64,000 bases of DNA from assembly GCF_001194135.2 (NCBI RefSeq), contig NC_069005.1, positions 7,464,433-7,528,432 on the forward strand. Direction: 5' to 3'. A program made the translations under genes and the position numbers. The DNA comes from Octopus bimaculoides. Taxonomy: Eukaryota. Positions 39,006-52,325 of the stretch are shown here, in pieces. Under the pieces are notes generated by a model. The model worked only from the letters and a program-made list of their open reading frames with translations. It made no database searches and was not told where the DNA came from. The first letter of the stretch is position 1, and every line of letters starts with the position of its first letter.

Positions 39006-39709
39006 TATATACTCTGTTGTTGGACTGTTGCCATGTTGGAGTAGCACCTAATATATTTTATGATGGTCATATTGATCCTGTACTTCTATTTTTCTTTGGT
39101 TACTAATTACATTTTCTTTCTACACATTAGAACCTGAATTCTTTATAGACACAGGCATGGTTGTGTGGTAAGAAGCTTGCTTCCCAGTCACATGTTTCTG
39201 GGTTCAGTCCCATTGCGTGGCAATTTGGGAAAGTGTCTTCTACTATAGCTTCAGGCTGACCAAGGACTTGTGAGTAGATTTGGTAGGCAGAAACTGAAAT
39301 AAGTCCATCATATATATGTGTGTGTGTCCCTTACCACCACTTGACAACCTGTAACTTAGTGATTCAGCAAAAGAGATCAATAGAAAAAAACTAGACTTAA
39401 AAAAAAAAATTACTAGAGTTGATTTATTCAACTAAAAGTTTTTCATGGTGGTGCTCCAGGATGGCCGTTGTCTAATGACTGAAACAGGTAAAAGGTTGGT
39501 TTTAAACACAAAGTACAACTCTGAGTAATCCGGTGTGACATAAACCCAGTATAACATGGAGTATGTTGTCCATTATGTTCTTTCTTAACGCATGAGTTTG
39601 GCTCAGTCAGAGTTAGAAAAAAAGTTGAAAGGTGAAAGAAAACCAGTCCAACTGGTTATAAATCTTTATATTGTTTTCATGTCTGAGTATTAAGAGGATA
39701 GGAAAACCC

Positions 39710-39760
<51 letters not shown>

Positions 39761-39762
<2 letters not shown>

Positions 39763-40420
39763 AGGGGGTACACAAAAGAAACAGAATTTTGCAATATCAT
39801 TTTATTCACTTAGTTTTACATGTTTACACTTTTCTCACCTTCAAAATATTCTCCATTTGAAGCAATGCATTGCTCTAGACGCATTTTCCATGGTTCAAAG
39901 CAGTGGTGGAATTCTTGCAAAGTAATGACCTTCGAAAAAAGTTCCGGTTTAACTTGCAGCTGCTCTTTCAGTTCGCAACACGCATTCAGTTGTGACTGCT
40001 TTTGATCTTCTGTGAGCAAGTGAGGCACAAATTTTGCTGCAATTCTTTTCATTCGCAATTTCTCTCTCAAAATTCATTGGCAGGAGCTCCAGGACACACC
40101 AGTCGTATCAACAAGTTCTTCAATTGTTTGGTGATGGATCGCCAAGATCAGTTCATGAATTTTCATGATGTTTTCATTTGTTCGGGAGGTCGATGGACGC
40201 CCTGAATGACGTTGGTCTTCAAGCAATAAGTGACCATTCCTAAAGTGTGGAAACTACTCGTAAACTTGTGTTTTGTTCATGGCAGTGTCCTTATAAGCTG
40301 TTTGAAGAATGACAACTGCTTTGGCCATGGATTTCCCTAGCAAAAAACAGAATTTCACAGACGCACGCTGTTTCTCTGTTTCGGTCATTGCAAAAATCAA
40401 CAAACCGAGAGAAGCACTGC
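39761..40420 (-). mobile_element. Internally deleted mariner element
   Basis: RIAAKFVPHLLTEDQK joined directly to the C-terminal WKMRLEQCIASNGEYFEG; catalytic core missing; TIR-like CAAGGGGGTACACAAAAG at 39761. Confidence 0.75.
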
Positions 40421-40539
40421 AAAATAAAGACACACCATGTGGCAGTACAATTTCACTGATTGTACTGATACTGCATACTGTAAAGGTTATATGTGGTTAC
40501 CTAGCGAGCGGAAAGAGCATCAGAAGAGGAGGGAGAGAG

Positions 40540-40950
40540 AGTGACCAAGAATGAGGGCAGAAACAGGTGTGCTGCTGAAGAGGAGATACATGGTTACCCA
40601 GAGAGAGACAGTGAAAGTGATCAAGGATGAGGGCAATAACAGGTGTGCTGCTGAAGAGGAGATACACTGGGTTCAGTGAATGGAATTACTTCCCACTCCT
40701 TTCCTACATATTGAGCAGGGCCGTTTACCTGATGGAAAGAGAGTCTTATCTACTTTCTTGCTAACGACTTTGGTCTTCGCTAGATTGATTTTAAGGCCCT
40801 TTGATTCCAAGTTTTGCTTCCATACAATTTCTTCTCCAGTTCCTACAATAAGAGTGAGGTCATCAGCATATAGTAGTTCCCACAGGCATCCAGTTTTCAA
40901 TTCCCCTGTTATGGCTTGGAGGATTATGATGAATAGGAATAGACTAAGAA
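40540..40950 (-). mobile_element. RTE LINE RT fragment (YADD)
   Basis: KTGCLWELLYADDLTLI...LESKGLKINLAKTKV...PCSICRKGVGSNSIH. Confidence 0.8.
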
Positions 40951-41123
40951 CTAAGCCCTGATTATATTTCTAGTAGCATATATTTAGATTTGAATTTTTT
41001 TTCAAGCAAGAGGCTAAAGACACCAACAGCCTTAGTAGTTTAATAGAAGTATGAGTTTGGTGCTGCTGTTTAACTCCAGATCAGTCCTGACTTATAATCA
41101 AAGCAATCCAGGTGTAACCCAAC

Positions 41124-41396
41124 CAGGGGTGTAGTTAGGGTGGGACAAGCAGGGCACATGCCCTGGGCACCACTTTGAAGGGGTGCAATTTTGGCCGAGA
41201 TCATTTTCTAATTAAGCCACTAAAAAAAAATTTTTTAGTCTTTTCAGTCACGGTTTGTTTTGCTTATCAACCACTAGACAGAATGGGGGGTCTTGACCTC
41301 ACAAAATGCATGCGCTGCTTTTTGGTGGTGTATGTGTGTGTAGGGAGGCAATTTTGATGTGTACCCTGGGTGCCATTTACCCTAGCTACGCCCCTG
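41124..41396. mobile_element. hAT MITE
   Basis: CAGGGGTGTAGTTAGGG...CCCTAGCTACGCCCCTG with 8-bp TSD AACCCAAC / GACCCAAC. Confidence 0.75.
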
Positions 41397-41492
41397 GACC
41401 CAACAGAAGTTTTGTACTTAAGGGACCTACATTATCCAGCATGTCCTTTATTAAGAGATTAGGGTGTCAATTGAGGAAGTTCTGCTCACTAT

Positions 41493-41645
41493 CTGGTTGT
41501 GTGGTAAGTAGCTTGCTTACCAAACACATGGTTCTGGGTTCAGTTTCACTGCGTGGCACCTTGGGCAAGTGTCTTCTACTATAGCCTCGGGCCGACCAAA
41601 GCCTTGTGAGTGGATTTGGTAGACGGAAACTGAAAGAAGCCCGTC

Positions 41646-41685
<40 letters not shown>

Positions 41686-41900
41686 TAGTGTATATGTTTG
41701 TGTGTCTGTGTTTGTCCCCCCACCATCGCTGGACAACCGATGCTGGTGTGTTTACGTCCCCGTAATTTAGCGGTTCGGCAAAAGAGCCCAATAGAATAAG
41801 TACTAGGCTTCCAAAGAATAAGTCCTGGGGTTGATTTGCTCGACTAAATGCGGTGCTCCAGCATGGCCGCAGTCAAATGAATGAAACAAGTAAAAGAGTA
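41493..41900 (+). mobile_element. Most abundant SINE family (C); about 20 copies in window, e.g. 1671-2040, 6165-6545, 11300-11710, 36380-36800, 53590-53970, 61105-61520, 63075-63450
   Basis: Recurrent TGTGTGGTAAG...GGTTCAGTCCCACTGCGTGGCACCTTGGGCAAGTGTCTTC...GAAAGAAGCCC, internal (TA/TG)n, tail ...GCATGGCCGCAGTCAAATGACTGAAACAAG; both orientations. Confidence 0.85.
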
Positions 41901-42981
41901 AAGATTATTAGTGATAGAGGCAGTATTAATACCAAACGGTAATGTATATTTCTACTTAAACATGGATGTGCATTTTGCTCCAAGAAACCAATATATGAGT
42001 TTCTGTCATGGTAACTACCACACTAAAGTTTAAATGGAGATAAATATTACCTCTACTTCTCAGTGTATTGGCCAACCGAGGCCTAGACTATAAAACATTT
42101 CAATCAAGGAAGGTGCCACGGAATGGGATTGAACTCAAAACCAAATAGTTGTTAAGGAAAAACCCAACTACACAGCCATGCCTCTCAGACTGTTTACAAC
42201 ACACTGACGTACCTGAAAAGGTTGCGGACCAATCTCGTATCTGCTTCATGCTCTGAATGTTTCTTTGTATTAACCACTGCCATTTGAAGTCTTACGTACA
42301 TTCAAACATTTTCTTTTCTGCGTAATTTGATAGTCTCAGTGTAGTGAGTTCAGTTTTGGCTAGGTGAATATTATTTCCTACATTATCAGACCAGTTGGTA
42401 ATAATAATTTCACTACCACTCTACTATCAGTTTCAATCAACTTTATCTGATCTTGACAGCTTTTGGCCTTGTTTCTAATCAAACGAAATCTGTACAATTT
42501 TTAGGCTTCGAAATGGGTTTTACACTCTCCTAATCCCTTTCTCTCTCTCATTTCTTTTATTTATAATTAATTGATGTTATGTGTGCATGTGCGTGTATCT
42601 GGCTCTCTTCTCCCTCTCTCTTTTTATATATATATATCTAATTAGCTTTTACTGTATTCTCTGGCATACAAGTCAACATAGTAATATAATGTAAACATCC
42701 AAGCATCATCATTATCTTTCCAAATCCTGCTGTATTTCATATGGAATTTTTGGCCTTCCAAAATTGTCTTGATGTATAAATCATTCTACCTATTTCTTTT
42801 TTTTTTTTTTTTTTTTTTTTGACAGTAAATTTTGGTCTGCAAAATTTAACTTGTATGCTGGAAAATTCTCTGTAATTAATTGAAGTTTTATCTCTCTCTC
42901 TCTCTCTCTCTCTCCCATTATTTGAAATTTTATTTATTTTTCTGTCTCTCTTTTACAGTTTTCATTTCACCAGAACTCAAG

Positions 42982-43816
42982 ATGGGGACATGGACAGAAG
43001 ATCAAGAGAAAGTACTCACTGCATTTTGTCCTGATGATCAGTGTAGGGCCAGCCTTTTCTTTGACGAGTCCAGCGAGACAGTTGAATGCCTGTTATGTGG
43101 TCAGTTTCACGAAAAGCACACATTAAAAGATGTTAGGAAGGTTTCCGATTTAAGTGAAGTTTTGAAATTCCTTCGACCAATGCTTCAGGAGAAACGCACC
43201 GAGGAGACGAAAGTCATGGGTATTTCCAATTACGTATGTAAGCTACTGTCTCCCCTTTTCACACAGTATGGGTTGGACAGGAATACACAGAAGGCAAAAC
43301 TGTTAAGTGAAATGGGTCATGGAAACACGTTCAATTGCAGCCGTCTCAGCTCCCATGCATTTCACATTGACCCTGCCCATTTGAACATACCATATTATGG
43401 TACTGACTGCTCTGGAAGTCTCACTTACCTCAGCGAAACACTGAGTATTATCAAAGCTGCAAATGACAACGAAGAAAGACTAGTCCCCATTCACACTGAC
43501 GGAGACGGCCACTGCCTGGTCTATGCTATCTCTCGGGCCCTGATTGGCAGAGAACTGTTTTGGCATGCCCTCCGAGAAAACCTTCGCTGTCACTTTCTAG
43601 AAAAGCTGGAAGTTTATAAAATGCATTTTGAAGACTTCATTCATCCCCTTGAGTGGCAGGAAATCATTGCTGAGTGTGAACCAAACTTTGTTCCCCTTGA
43701 CGGTGAACCCCTCGGATTGAGGAATATTCATATTTTTGGACTTGCGAATGTTTTGAAAAGACCACTTATTCTTTTAGATTCAATCATTGGAATCAGAAGC
43801 TCAGGTGACTATTCAG
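42982..43816 (+). CDS. VCPIP1: Deubiquitinating protein VCPIP1/VCIP135 (OTU family), first coding exon
   Basis: MGTWTEDQEKVLTAFCPDDQCRASLFF...ECLLCGQFHE...VMGISNYVCKLLSP...VPIHTDGDGHCLVYAISRALIGRELFWHALRENL...PLGLRNIHIFGLANVLKRPLILLDS...RSSGDYS is collinear with human VCPIP1 as I recall it (DGDGHC catalytic Cys motif). Acceptors tttacag (exon start 42959) or caccag (42974) precede the ATG at 42982. Donor CAG|GTAGGT follows 43816 (phase 1; 835 nt). Confidence 0.96.
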
Positions 43817-43860
43817 GTAGGTATCAATGAAGCTTGTTGTTGTTGTTGTCATTGTTAGTA

Positions 43861-44098
43861 CAGAACCAGACAGATTATCTGACAAACTTGGGACCGGAAG
43901 TGTCCTAGGTTTCTGTATTTTGTAGTTTTCTGGAGACAGTTTTAAATATATGTTTGAAATAATGTAAAAATGAACAATGAAAAGTAAAGAACTAAGTTGT
44001 AATTTAACAGGTTCAAATTAATACACATCTAAAGCAGGGTCAGTTTGATATTCATTAATCCATTTAAAAATTTTTTAAATATATCATATTGAACCATC
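43861..44098. mobile_element. Truncated second copy of the Tigger-like MITE
   Basis: TA-CAGAACCAGACAGATTATCTGAC...GGACCGGAAGTGTCC...AAAGAACTAAGTTG...GGTCAGTTTGATAT matches 33313-33770; ends where an RTE-tail element begins. Confidence 0.6.
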
Positions 44099-44864
44099 GT
44101 GGCCGATGCCAGTACCTCCTGACTGGCTCCCATGCTGATGACATTTAAAAAGCACCATCCGAATGTGATCGTTGCCAGGCCTGTCTGACTGGCTCCTGTG
44201 CCGGTGACACATAAGCACCCACTATGCTCTCGGAGTAGTTGGTGTTAGGAAGGGGATCCAGCTGTGGAAACATTGCCAAATCAGATTGGTGCCTGGTGCA
44301 GCTGCTGGTTCTCCAGACCGCAGTCAAACCGTCCAACCCATGCCAGCATGGAAAATAGACGTTAAACGATGATGATATATATAGGCACAAGAGTGGCTTT
44401 GTGGTAAGAAGCTTGCTTCCCAACTGCATGGTTCCGGGTTCAGTGCCACTGTGTGGTACCTTGGGCAAGTGTCTTCTACTAAAGCCTTGAGCTGACCAAA
44501 GCTTTGTGACTCTGAAAGAAGCCCATCATATATGTGTGTGTGTGTGTATGTATATGTTTGTGTGTCTGTGTTTGTCCCTCCACCATCACTTGATGACCAA
44601 TGCTGTAATTTAGCAGTTTGGCAAAAGAGACCGATAGAATAAGTACTAGGCTTACAAAGAATAAGTCCTGGGGTTGATTTGTTCGACTAGAGGTGGTGCT
44701 CCAGCATGGCCGCAGTCAGATGACTGAAACAAGTAAAAAAAAATAAACGAATAAGTCCTGGGGTCAATTTGTTCGACTAAAGGTAGTGCTCCAGCATGGC
44801 TGGATTCAAATGACTGAAACAAAAAATAAAGAATAAAAGAAAATACACATATGTGTGTGTGTTA

Positions 44865-45093
44865 TTTCTTTACTACCCACAAGGGGCTACACACAGAGGG
44901 GAGAAACAAGTACAGACAAACGGATTAAGTCGATTATATCGACCCCAGTGCGTAACTGGTACTTATTTAATCGACCCTGAAAGGATGAAAGGCAAAGTGG
45001 ACCTCGGCGGAATTTGAACTCAGAACGTAGCGGCAGACGAAATACCGCTAAGCATTTCGCCCGGCGTGCTAACGTTTCTGCCAGCACGCCGCC
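44865..45093 (-). mobile_element. SINE family D (also 3444-5030 array, 10298-10532, 18577-19330, 32218-32417, 45617-45855, 52345-52490)
   Basis: Head GGCGxGCTGGCAGAAACGTTAGCACGCCGGGCGAAATGCTTAG, core GTCGACTTTGCCTTTCATCCTTTC...AAGTACCAG, two alternative tails; TSDs at 10280/10533 (18 bp) and 45602/45856 (14 bp). Confidence 0.85.
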
Positions 45094-45880
45094 TATTTGT
45101 GTGTGTGTGTGTTGATGTAATACACTGAACGAGATATTTCAGACTCAATGTTTTGATCAGCATTCCTCTCCTGCCTTGTGTTGCATTGTAATTGTATTAT
45201 CCAAGCGGAATGAGGCTACATTGCCATCAACATGAGGCACATAACATTTGAATAATAACAAGAGAAAAAAAAACCGAATTATTGATATTTTGAATGCATT
45301 TAGCACACAATTATCAAGTGGTCTTGCAAGAAGTTGGTACTCGGATGTCCTTTCTCTTCTGTCATTTTGAGTACATTTTGAGCACATGGTTCATTGTATG
45401 ATATGTATGAAGTGTGATGTGGTCAAAGTCAATGGAACCTGTGTGAGAGGGAAACATGAGAGTTTGTGATGAAGTGGTGAAGGCAGATCCAAACCTGTTA
45501 AACTTCGCCCAAGATAATAAAGGACTCTGTTGATGGACAGCACACTGTGTGAGAGGGACCCACCCTCTTGCTCATACTCGGTGAAAACAAACATTGGAAT
45601 TATGTGGTGTATATTTGTTATTTCTTTATTGCCCACAAGGGGCTAAACATAGAAGGGACAAACAAGGACAGACAAAGGGATTAAGCCGATTACATCGCCC
45701 CCCCCAGTGAGTAACTGGTACTTAATTTATCGACCCCGAAAGGATGAAAGCAAAGTCGACCTCGGCGGAATTTGAACTCAGAACGTAACAGCAGGCGAAA
45801 TACCGCTAAGCATTTCACCCGGCGTGTTAACGTTTCTGCCAGCTCGCTGCCTTCCATGTGATGTATATTCATATAGGTGG

Positions 45881-46495
45881 NNNNNNNNNNNNNNNNNNNN
45901 NNNNNNNNNNNNNNNNNNNNNNNNNNNNNNNNNNNNNNNNNNNNNNNNNNNNNNNNNNNNNNNNNNNNNNNNNNNNNNNNNNNNNNNNNNNNNNNNNNNN
46001 NNNNNNNNNNNNNNNNNNNNNNNNNNNNNNNNNNNNNNNNNNNNNNNNNNNNNNNNNNNNNNNNNNNNNNNNNNNNNNNNNNNNNNNNNNNNNNNNNNNN
46101 NNNNNNNNNNNNNNNNNNNNNNNNNNNNNNNNNNNNNNNNNNNNNNNNNNNNNNNNNNNNNNNNNNNNNNNNNNNNNNNNNNNNNNNNNNNNNNNNNNNN
46201 NNNNNNNNNNNNNNNNNNNNNNNNNNNNNNNNNNNNNNNNNNNNNNNNNNNNNNNNNNNNNNNNNNNNNNNNNNNNNNNNNNNNNNNNNNNNNNNNNNNN
46301 NNNNNNNNNNNNNNNNNNNNNNNNNNNNNNNNNNNNNNNNNNNNNNNNNNNNNNNNNNNNNNNNNNNNNNNNNNNNNNNNNNNNNNNNNNNNNNNNNNNN
46401 NNNNNNNNNNNNNNNNNNNNNNNNNNNNNNNNNNNNNNNNNNNNNNNNNNNNNNNNNNNNNNNNNNNNNNNNNNNNNNNNNNNNNNNNNNNNNNN
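45881..46495. other. Assembly gap (others: 5653-5946, 10027-10193, 15665-16251, 17739-17990, 21341-21430, 27696-27845, 30183-30274, 31277-31452, 32563-32658)
   Basis: Runs of N, mostly flanked by microsatellites; small exons could be hidden in them. Confidence 1.
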
Positions 46496-47744
46496 TATAT
46501 ATATATATATATGTATGTATATAATTGAAAAAATTCGAAGTTAACAAAAGGAGTACAGTCGGATATTTATTTTTCAATCACTACAATTGTTTCTAGGCAA
46601 TGTAGTTCTCCAGGCATTCAGGTACTTGAATATGCAACCGTTTCCCTGCATTATGAGATCTAGTTGGGTTTCCTCAGGTGATATGTAAATATTGTCTCCG
46701 TAAGTGCAGATTCTTGGCTTCAAGAACATCCTCTGTGTCTGTCAGGGCCTGAATTTAGTAGTAGCCACTGAGTTTATCAAGGTGTGTTATAGCTGAAGGA
46801 CTGTTTGCAGACTATTATCTACTCACACACAACAGATGCCCAAATGCAAGCCTGGAAGTACGTATAATACTACTACTGGATAGCACAGGATGAAATCTGA
46901 AGGTGGACGAGCTTTATACTGCACTCTGTTATGTTCTTAACAGAATAAACCATAGCTGTATATATTGTCATCATCATCCTTTAACATCTGTTTTCCATGC
47001 TTGCATGGGTTAGATGGTTTGATCAGAGCTTGCAAGAAGGAGAGCTGCACTAAGTTCCAGTCTGATTCGGCCTGGTTTCTATGGCTGGATGTCCTTAATG
47101 CCAACCACTTTACAGAGTGTACCGGGTGCTTTTACATAACACCAGCACAGGACTCTTGCAGGCCAATCCTCTTTAGCAGAAGTGGCATTAACTCTTCCGC
47201 TGTGGGGGTGGGGGCAGGTCCTCTTGAATACAGCAAGGCACCAGATATTTCAATCCTTTGTCATGTCCTCTGTTAGATTCAGTGTCCTGAGATTGTCCTT
47301 CATACAATTGGCTTCTTTCACTTTCTATCTACTTCGTTCTCTGACTTTTTTTTAGTCAGGGGAGCTCTTACTTTGCCTCAACTTACCTATGTTCTTATTT
47401 TTATAACATAAGCATTCTCCCAGTGACCAAGTCTTGTTCTCATGCCAATTTATTGGAATTGTTCTAGTACCAACTACGGTTGAGATACTGAGCGGAATCA
47501 TTTATTTCTCTGCTTATTTATTCAGTTCTGTCTAGTCTATCATATCTGTCTAGCATCTGCAAGGTAATGAGAGTGAGAGAACGGGTTACGTGGGGTCTGG
47601 GAGGAGCAGAGGCCATTAAAGTCTGTGTAGAAAAGGCAAAGAGAGGAGACATTGTGTCTGTGTTTGCAGAATGAGTTCAAGGCAGTCAGTTCATTCAACT
47701 TTGCCTTAATCTGGTCTATAACGTCTCTGTGTGTATACATAAGG

Positions 47745-47801
<57 letters not shown>

Positions 47802-47843
47802 TATCTGTATATATATACATATACCTGTATATATATATCTGTG

Positions 47844-47879
<36 letters not shown>

Positions 47880-48380
47880 TATACTCACTGAGATACATAT
47901 ATGGGTGTGTGTGTATATATACACACACATGCACACAATCTATTTAGCAAAATTGGGACCAGAAAAGGAAGGGGGGAAAATAGAGAGAGAAGAGGAAATT
48001 TCTATTATATCGTAAACAATGAGTTATTGTGTATAACCATCAAGCGTACAATATTGATGATTGCGGTGTGGGCGGCGGCAGCGGTGGTGGTGGTTGGATG
48101 GATGGATGGATAGATGGACAGAAATTGTAAAGAATGGGAATACTTTAGTCTACTTGAAATTGAGCTGAACGAAAAGGGGGAAGGATAGAGAGACGGACAG
48201 AATAAGATATATATGTATGGATGTTTATACTGTCTGTCTGTCTCTCTCTATATATATTTATATATACATATACATACACATACATATATATGCACATGCA
48301 TATCTATTTACCTATCTTTCTGAATAGATACAGTGATCTATCTATCTATCTATCAATCTATCTTTCTCTACACACATATA

Positions 48381-48591
48381 TAGTATTCCTTCGACTATCA
48401 CAGGTGTTACATTCCAAAACACCCCATGATAGGTGAAAATCCATGAAGTAGAAACTACTGTACTGTATATATATTTTTAAAAATTATTTTTGTAATTTGT
48501 ATATATTTATTTTATTATAAATGCTAAAGAACACCACAGAGGAATCGACATAAGCTTCAATAATAAACCGCGATATGGCAAGGAATTACTG
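48381..48591. mobile_element. Degenerate Tigger-like MITE (different family)
   Basis: Ends TAGTATTCCTTCGACTATCACAGG and CCGCGATATGGCAAGGAATTACTG are imperfect inverted repeats in a TA-rich context. Confidence 0.45.
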
Positions 48592-48644
48592 CATATATGT
48601 ATATACACACACACACACACATATACAGGGAGAGAGAGAGGGTA

Positions 48645-48683
<39 letters not shown>

Positions 48684-49024
48684 GAGAGAGAGAAGAATTC
48701 ATAAATTTTATGTGCACACACACATTTACTGGAGAATGGGAGATAGTTCGATAGAAAGAGAGAAAGAGACTTAGGCAGGGAAGAACACTAAAATGTAAAA
48801 ATGTAATAACAGTTTGGAATTATTAGAACTGGATATAAATGGTTAGGAAGAAGGGGAGGGGGAATGACAACTGCGGGTGGGGGTTATCTCTGTGGGCGTG
48901 GCTTTCTATTGATTCATTCACTGATCAGTTGATTGGTATTGATTTTTTTCTTGTACAAATACAAGGTTTCATATTTACAAAGGGACCAGTAGTGAATAAG
49001 AAATTGATTAATAATAATAATAGC

Positions 49025-49057
<33 letters not shown>

Positions 49058-51992
49058 GATGATGAGAAAAAATAATTTTAGAATAAGATATATACACACA
49101 CACACACACATGTATGTACATACACACATGCCTTCATATAATATATACACATATTCAGACGTGTATGTAATATATGTGTAGGTGTATGTATATATATATA
49201 TGTATATATATGCACACACACACACACACATGGGTAAAATTATGTGATTTTACATATATACACACATATATATAGAGAGAGACACAGGCACATATATGTG
49301 CATGCACACACGCATGCACGCACATATATTCATGTGTTCTTACATGTGAATGAACTTTCTGTCAGAAAATGATTTTGGTGATTAAAATATTTTCCAAACA
49401 ACATTTGCGAGCAGAATACACAAAAATCTGTCATCTTACTCTTTATCTCCCACCATTTCCACCACTACCCTTACCAAAAGAATTATTATCAGCAGAGAAA
49501 TTATGTAGCTGCAGATAAAAACAACAACAATTCTAGAAGAGGAAATAAACCAGTTTGTTATTTAGCCCTCGATTCAGCCCTGATTCTGCAGGCCCTTTTA
49601 TGAAGGGACATTTCAACTGGGACCACCACCATCATCATCATTATTTAACACCCATGGTCCATTCTAGCATGGGTTGGATGCATTAGACTTCAGTCTGATT
49701 TCACATGATTTCTATGGCTGGATGCCCTACCTAATGCCAACCACTCCAAGAGTGTAATGGGTGCTTCTTATGTGCTACTGGCACAGGTGCCAGTTGGGTG
49801 ACACCAGTACCTACGGCAACCATGATTTCAGTTGGCTTGATGTGTAGTTAAAAAGTTGAGCCCATCTCATTCATATTATTGTCGCCCTCTTGATGCAAAC
49901 CCAACAAAAGAAGTATATTCTTTGTTTATATATAACATGCAGTTATATCATTAAGTATTGTTACATACAGAATGAAAGTGAAGTGGAGCAAGCCACTATG
50001 TAGATAAATGATAGCAATGTAATCTTAGTACTACTTATGTTGAAGCAATAAGCATCATCATCATCATCATCATCATCGTTTAACGTCCGCTTTCCATGCT
50101 AGCATGGGTTGGACGATTTGACTGTGGACTGGTGCAACCGGATAGCTACACCAGGCTACAAATGTGCTCTACCAACTTTGTTTCCTCATAATGTCCAGGA
50201 AAATAGATATTTTGTAATGAAATTTTCTACAATTATGTTCCAGATTATGTAGAGTCCAATTACATCAGAATTTATTATTTCCAATTCTTTCTTGATTGTG
50301 CCTATCTTTTCTATCTTGGCCCAAATTGTTTAATTAAATTGTCTTCCCATCGTTATCAAGGCTTTCTGAGTGGCCTTTTCTGATTTCTTGGATATGTGAA
50401 CATTAGAAGAGTGGAACTTGTGCTTTCAGTATTCTGCAATCATGTTGTTCATTCCACTCCATTCTTGAATTATCTCATTTCTGATGATGCACCATTCGAC
50501 CGGGCTGGTATGCTGGAAGGCTGCACCAGGCTCCAGTCTGATCTGGTAGAGTTTCTACAGCTGGCTGCCCCTCCTAACACCAACTACTCCGAGAGTGTAA
50601 TGGGTGCTTTTATGTGTCACCGGCACAAGTGCCATTTGTATGACACTGGGGTGCTTTTACGTGCCACCGGCATGGGTGACAATTTGTGTGAGACCGGTAT
50701 CTGACACAACTGCAATTTTGCTCGACTTGATAGGTCTTCTTCTGAAGCATGACATAACACCAAAGGATTCAGTCACTACCTCTGTGAGGCCCAACACTCG
50801 AAAGGAACTCAGCCACTTTGCCTCTGTAAGACCCAACGTTCAAAAGGAACATAGCCGCTTTGCCTCTGTGAGGCCCAACGCTCGAAAAGAACTCAACCAC
50901 TTTCGAGCATTGATGTAGTAAAACTACAAAAATATGTTTTCACAAGATGAGTTTTACAAAGAAAGAAAAAAGAGAGAAAGTGGAAAAGTTCACATATTAT
51001 TTAGAGGTTTTCGTATGAAAAATACTTTATGAATAAATTTTAGTGCATGTTGCAGCTAAAAGATATTTTGCAGTAGAAGATAAATCCTATTTCACACACA
51101 CACACACAAACAAATATATGCATGCACACTCTTATACATAGAAGAACAATAAGCACAGTTGATGTGATGAACAAAAGGCACAATGTTATATGCTGAAGAA
51201 AAAGCTAACATTTCTATCTTTACACCAAAGAGGATACCCCCACCACTCTCCTTCTTTTTATAACTGCTAGGCAGAGTGTCTTGTCAGTAAATTAAGGGAA
51301 AGCTATGAAGGTGGCACTAACGCTACAGTCCAATGACCGAAACAGATAAAGAAGAAGAATAAAAAAAAATTATAAGAAATGTGTTCTTGGACTGAATTAT
51401 CCAATGTGTCCTTCCTTCCATTTTTTTCCTTTTTTTTTTTAAGACAAGGTTGTGATTTGAGAGAGAGAGAGAGAGAGAGATAAAGATTTAGCTGCTATTT
51501 CTAGCAGGTTGCGGTGTCATATAGAGCAGTCATGGGCAAACTATAGCCGACAGGACTTCCTGAATAGAATGCCTAACTAAAAATTACCTTAAATATATTT
51601 AGCAGTGTGGTTTGCCAATTGAAGAGCCCTCTCATGCAGCTCACTTCAGAAAAGTTGCCCCTGCACACTACAGGGGGCTGCCTTCTTGTTTTGTCTCGTG
51701 TTATGTGATACATATTTCTGTTGTTGTTAATCCTTGATTCAGCTATGCCCGACCAGGATTTTTATTTTGGGTCCATTTATGTCATGGCTGTGTGGTTAAG
51801 AAGTCTGCTTCCCAACCACATTGTTTTGGGTTCAATCTCACTGCATGGCACCTTGAGCAAATGCATCCTTTCAGGGATGATGAAGTAAGTACCAGTTATG
51901 CACTGGGGTTGATATAATCAACTAGCCCCTTCTCCCAAAATTTCAGGCTTTGTGCCTATAGTTGAAAGAATTATTATTATTATCATCAGTGA

Positions 51993-52325
51993 AGGCGCAA
52001 TGGCTCAGTGGTTAGAGCGTCAAGCTTACGATCATGAGGTTGCGATTTCGAATCCCGGACTGGGCTATGTGTTATGTTCTTGAGCAAGACACTTTATTTC
52101 ACGTCACTCCAGTTCACTCAGCTGTAGAAATGAGTTGCGATGTCATCCCTGGTGCCAAGCTGTATCAGCCTTTGCCTTTCCTTTGGATAACATCAGTGGC
52201 ATGGAGAGGGGGAGGCTGGTATGCACGGGTAACTGCTGGTCTTCCATAAACAACCTTGCCCGGACTTGTGCCTCGGAGGGTAACTTTCTAGGTTCAATCC
52301 CATGGTCAGTCATGACCAAAGGGGC
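51993..52325 (+). mobile_element. tRNA-derived SINE family A (also 8366-8680; head in 16309-16628)
   Basis: A-box TGGCTCAGTGGTTAGA and B-box-like TTCGAATCC, followed by TTGAGCAAGACACTTTATTTC core and a shared tail. Confidence 0.8.

Noticed and set aside
47652-47947. Many YIYI/CVCV/HTHT ORFs here and throughout the window
   Set aside because: Translations of (TA)n, (TG)n and (CA)n microsatellites.
51993-52070. tRNA gene (also 130-205, 8366-8440, 15175-15249)
   Set aside because: A and B boxes are present but the acceptor stem does not close and the sequence continues into a SINE body.
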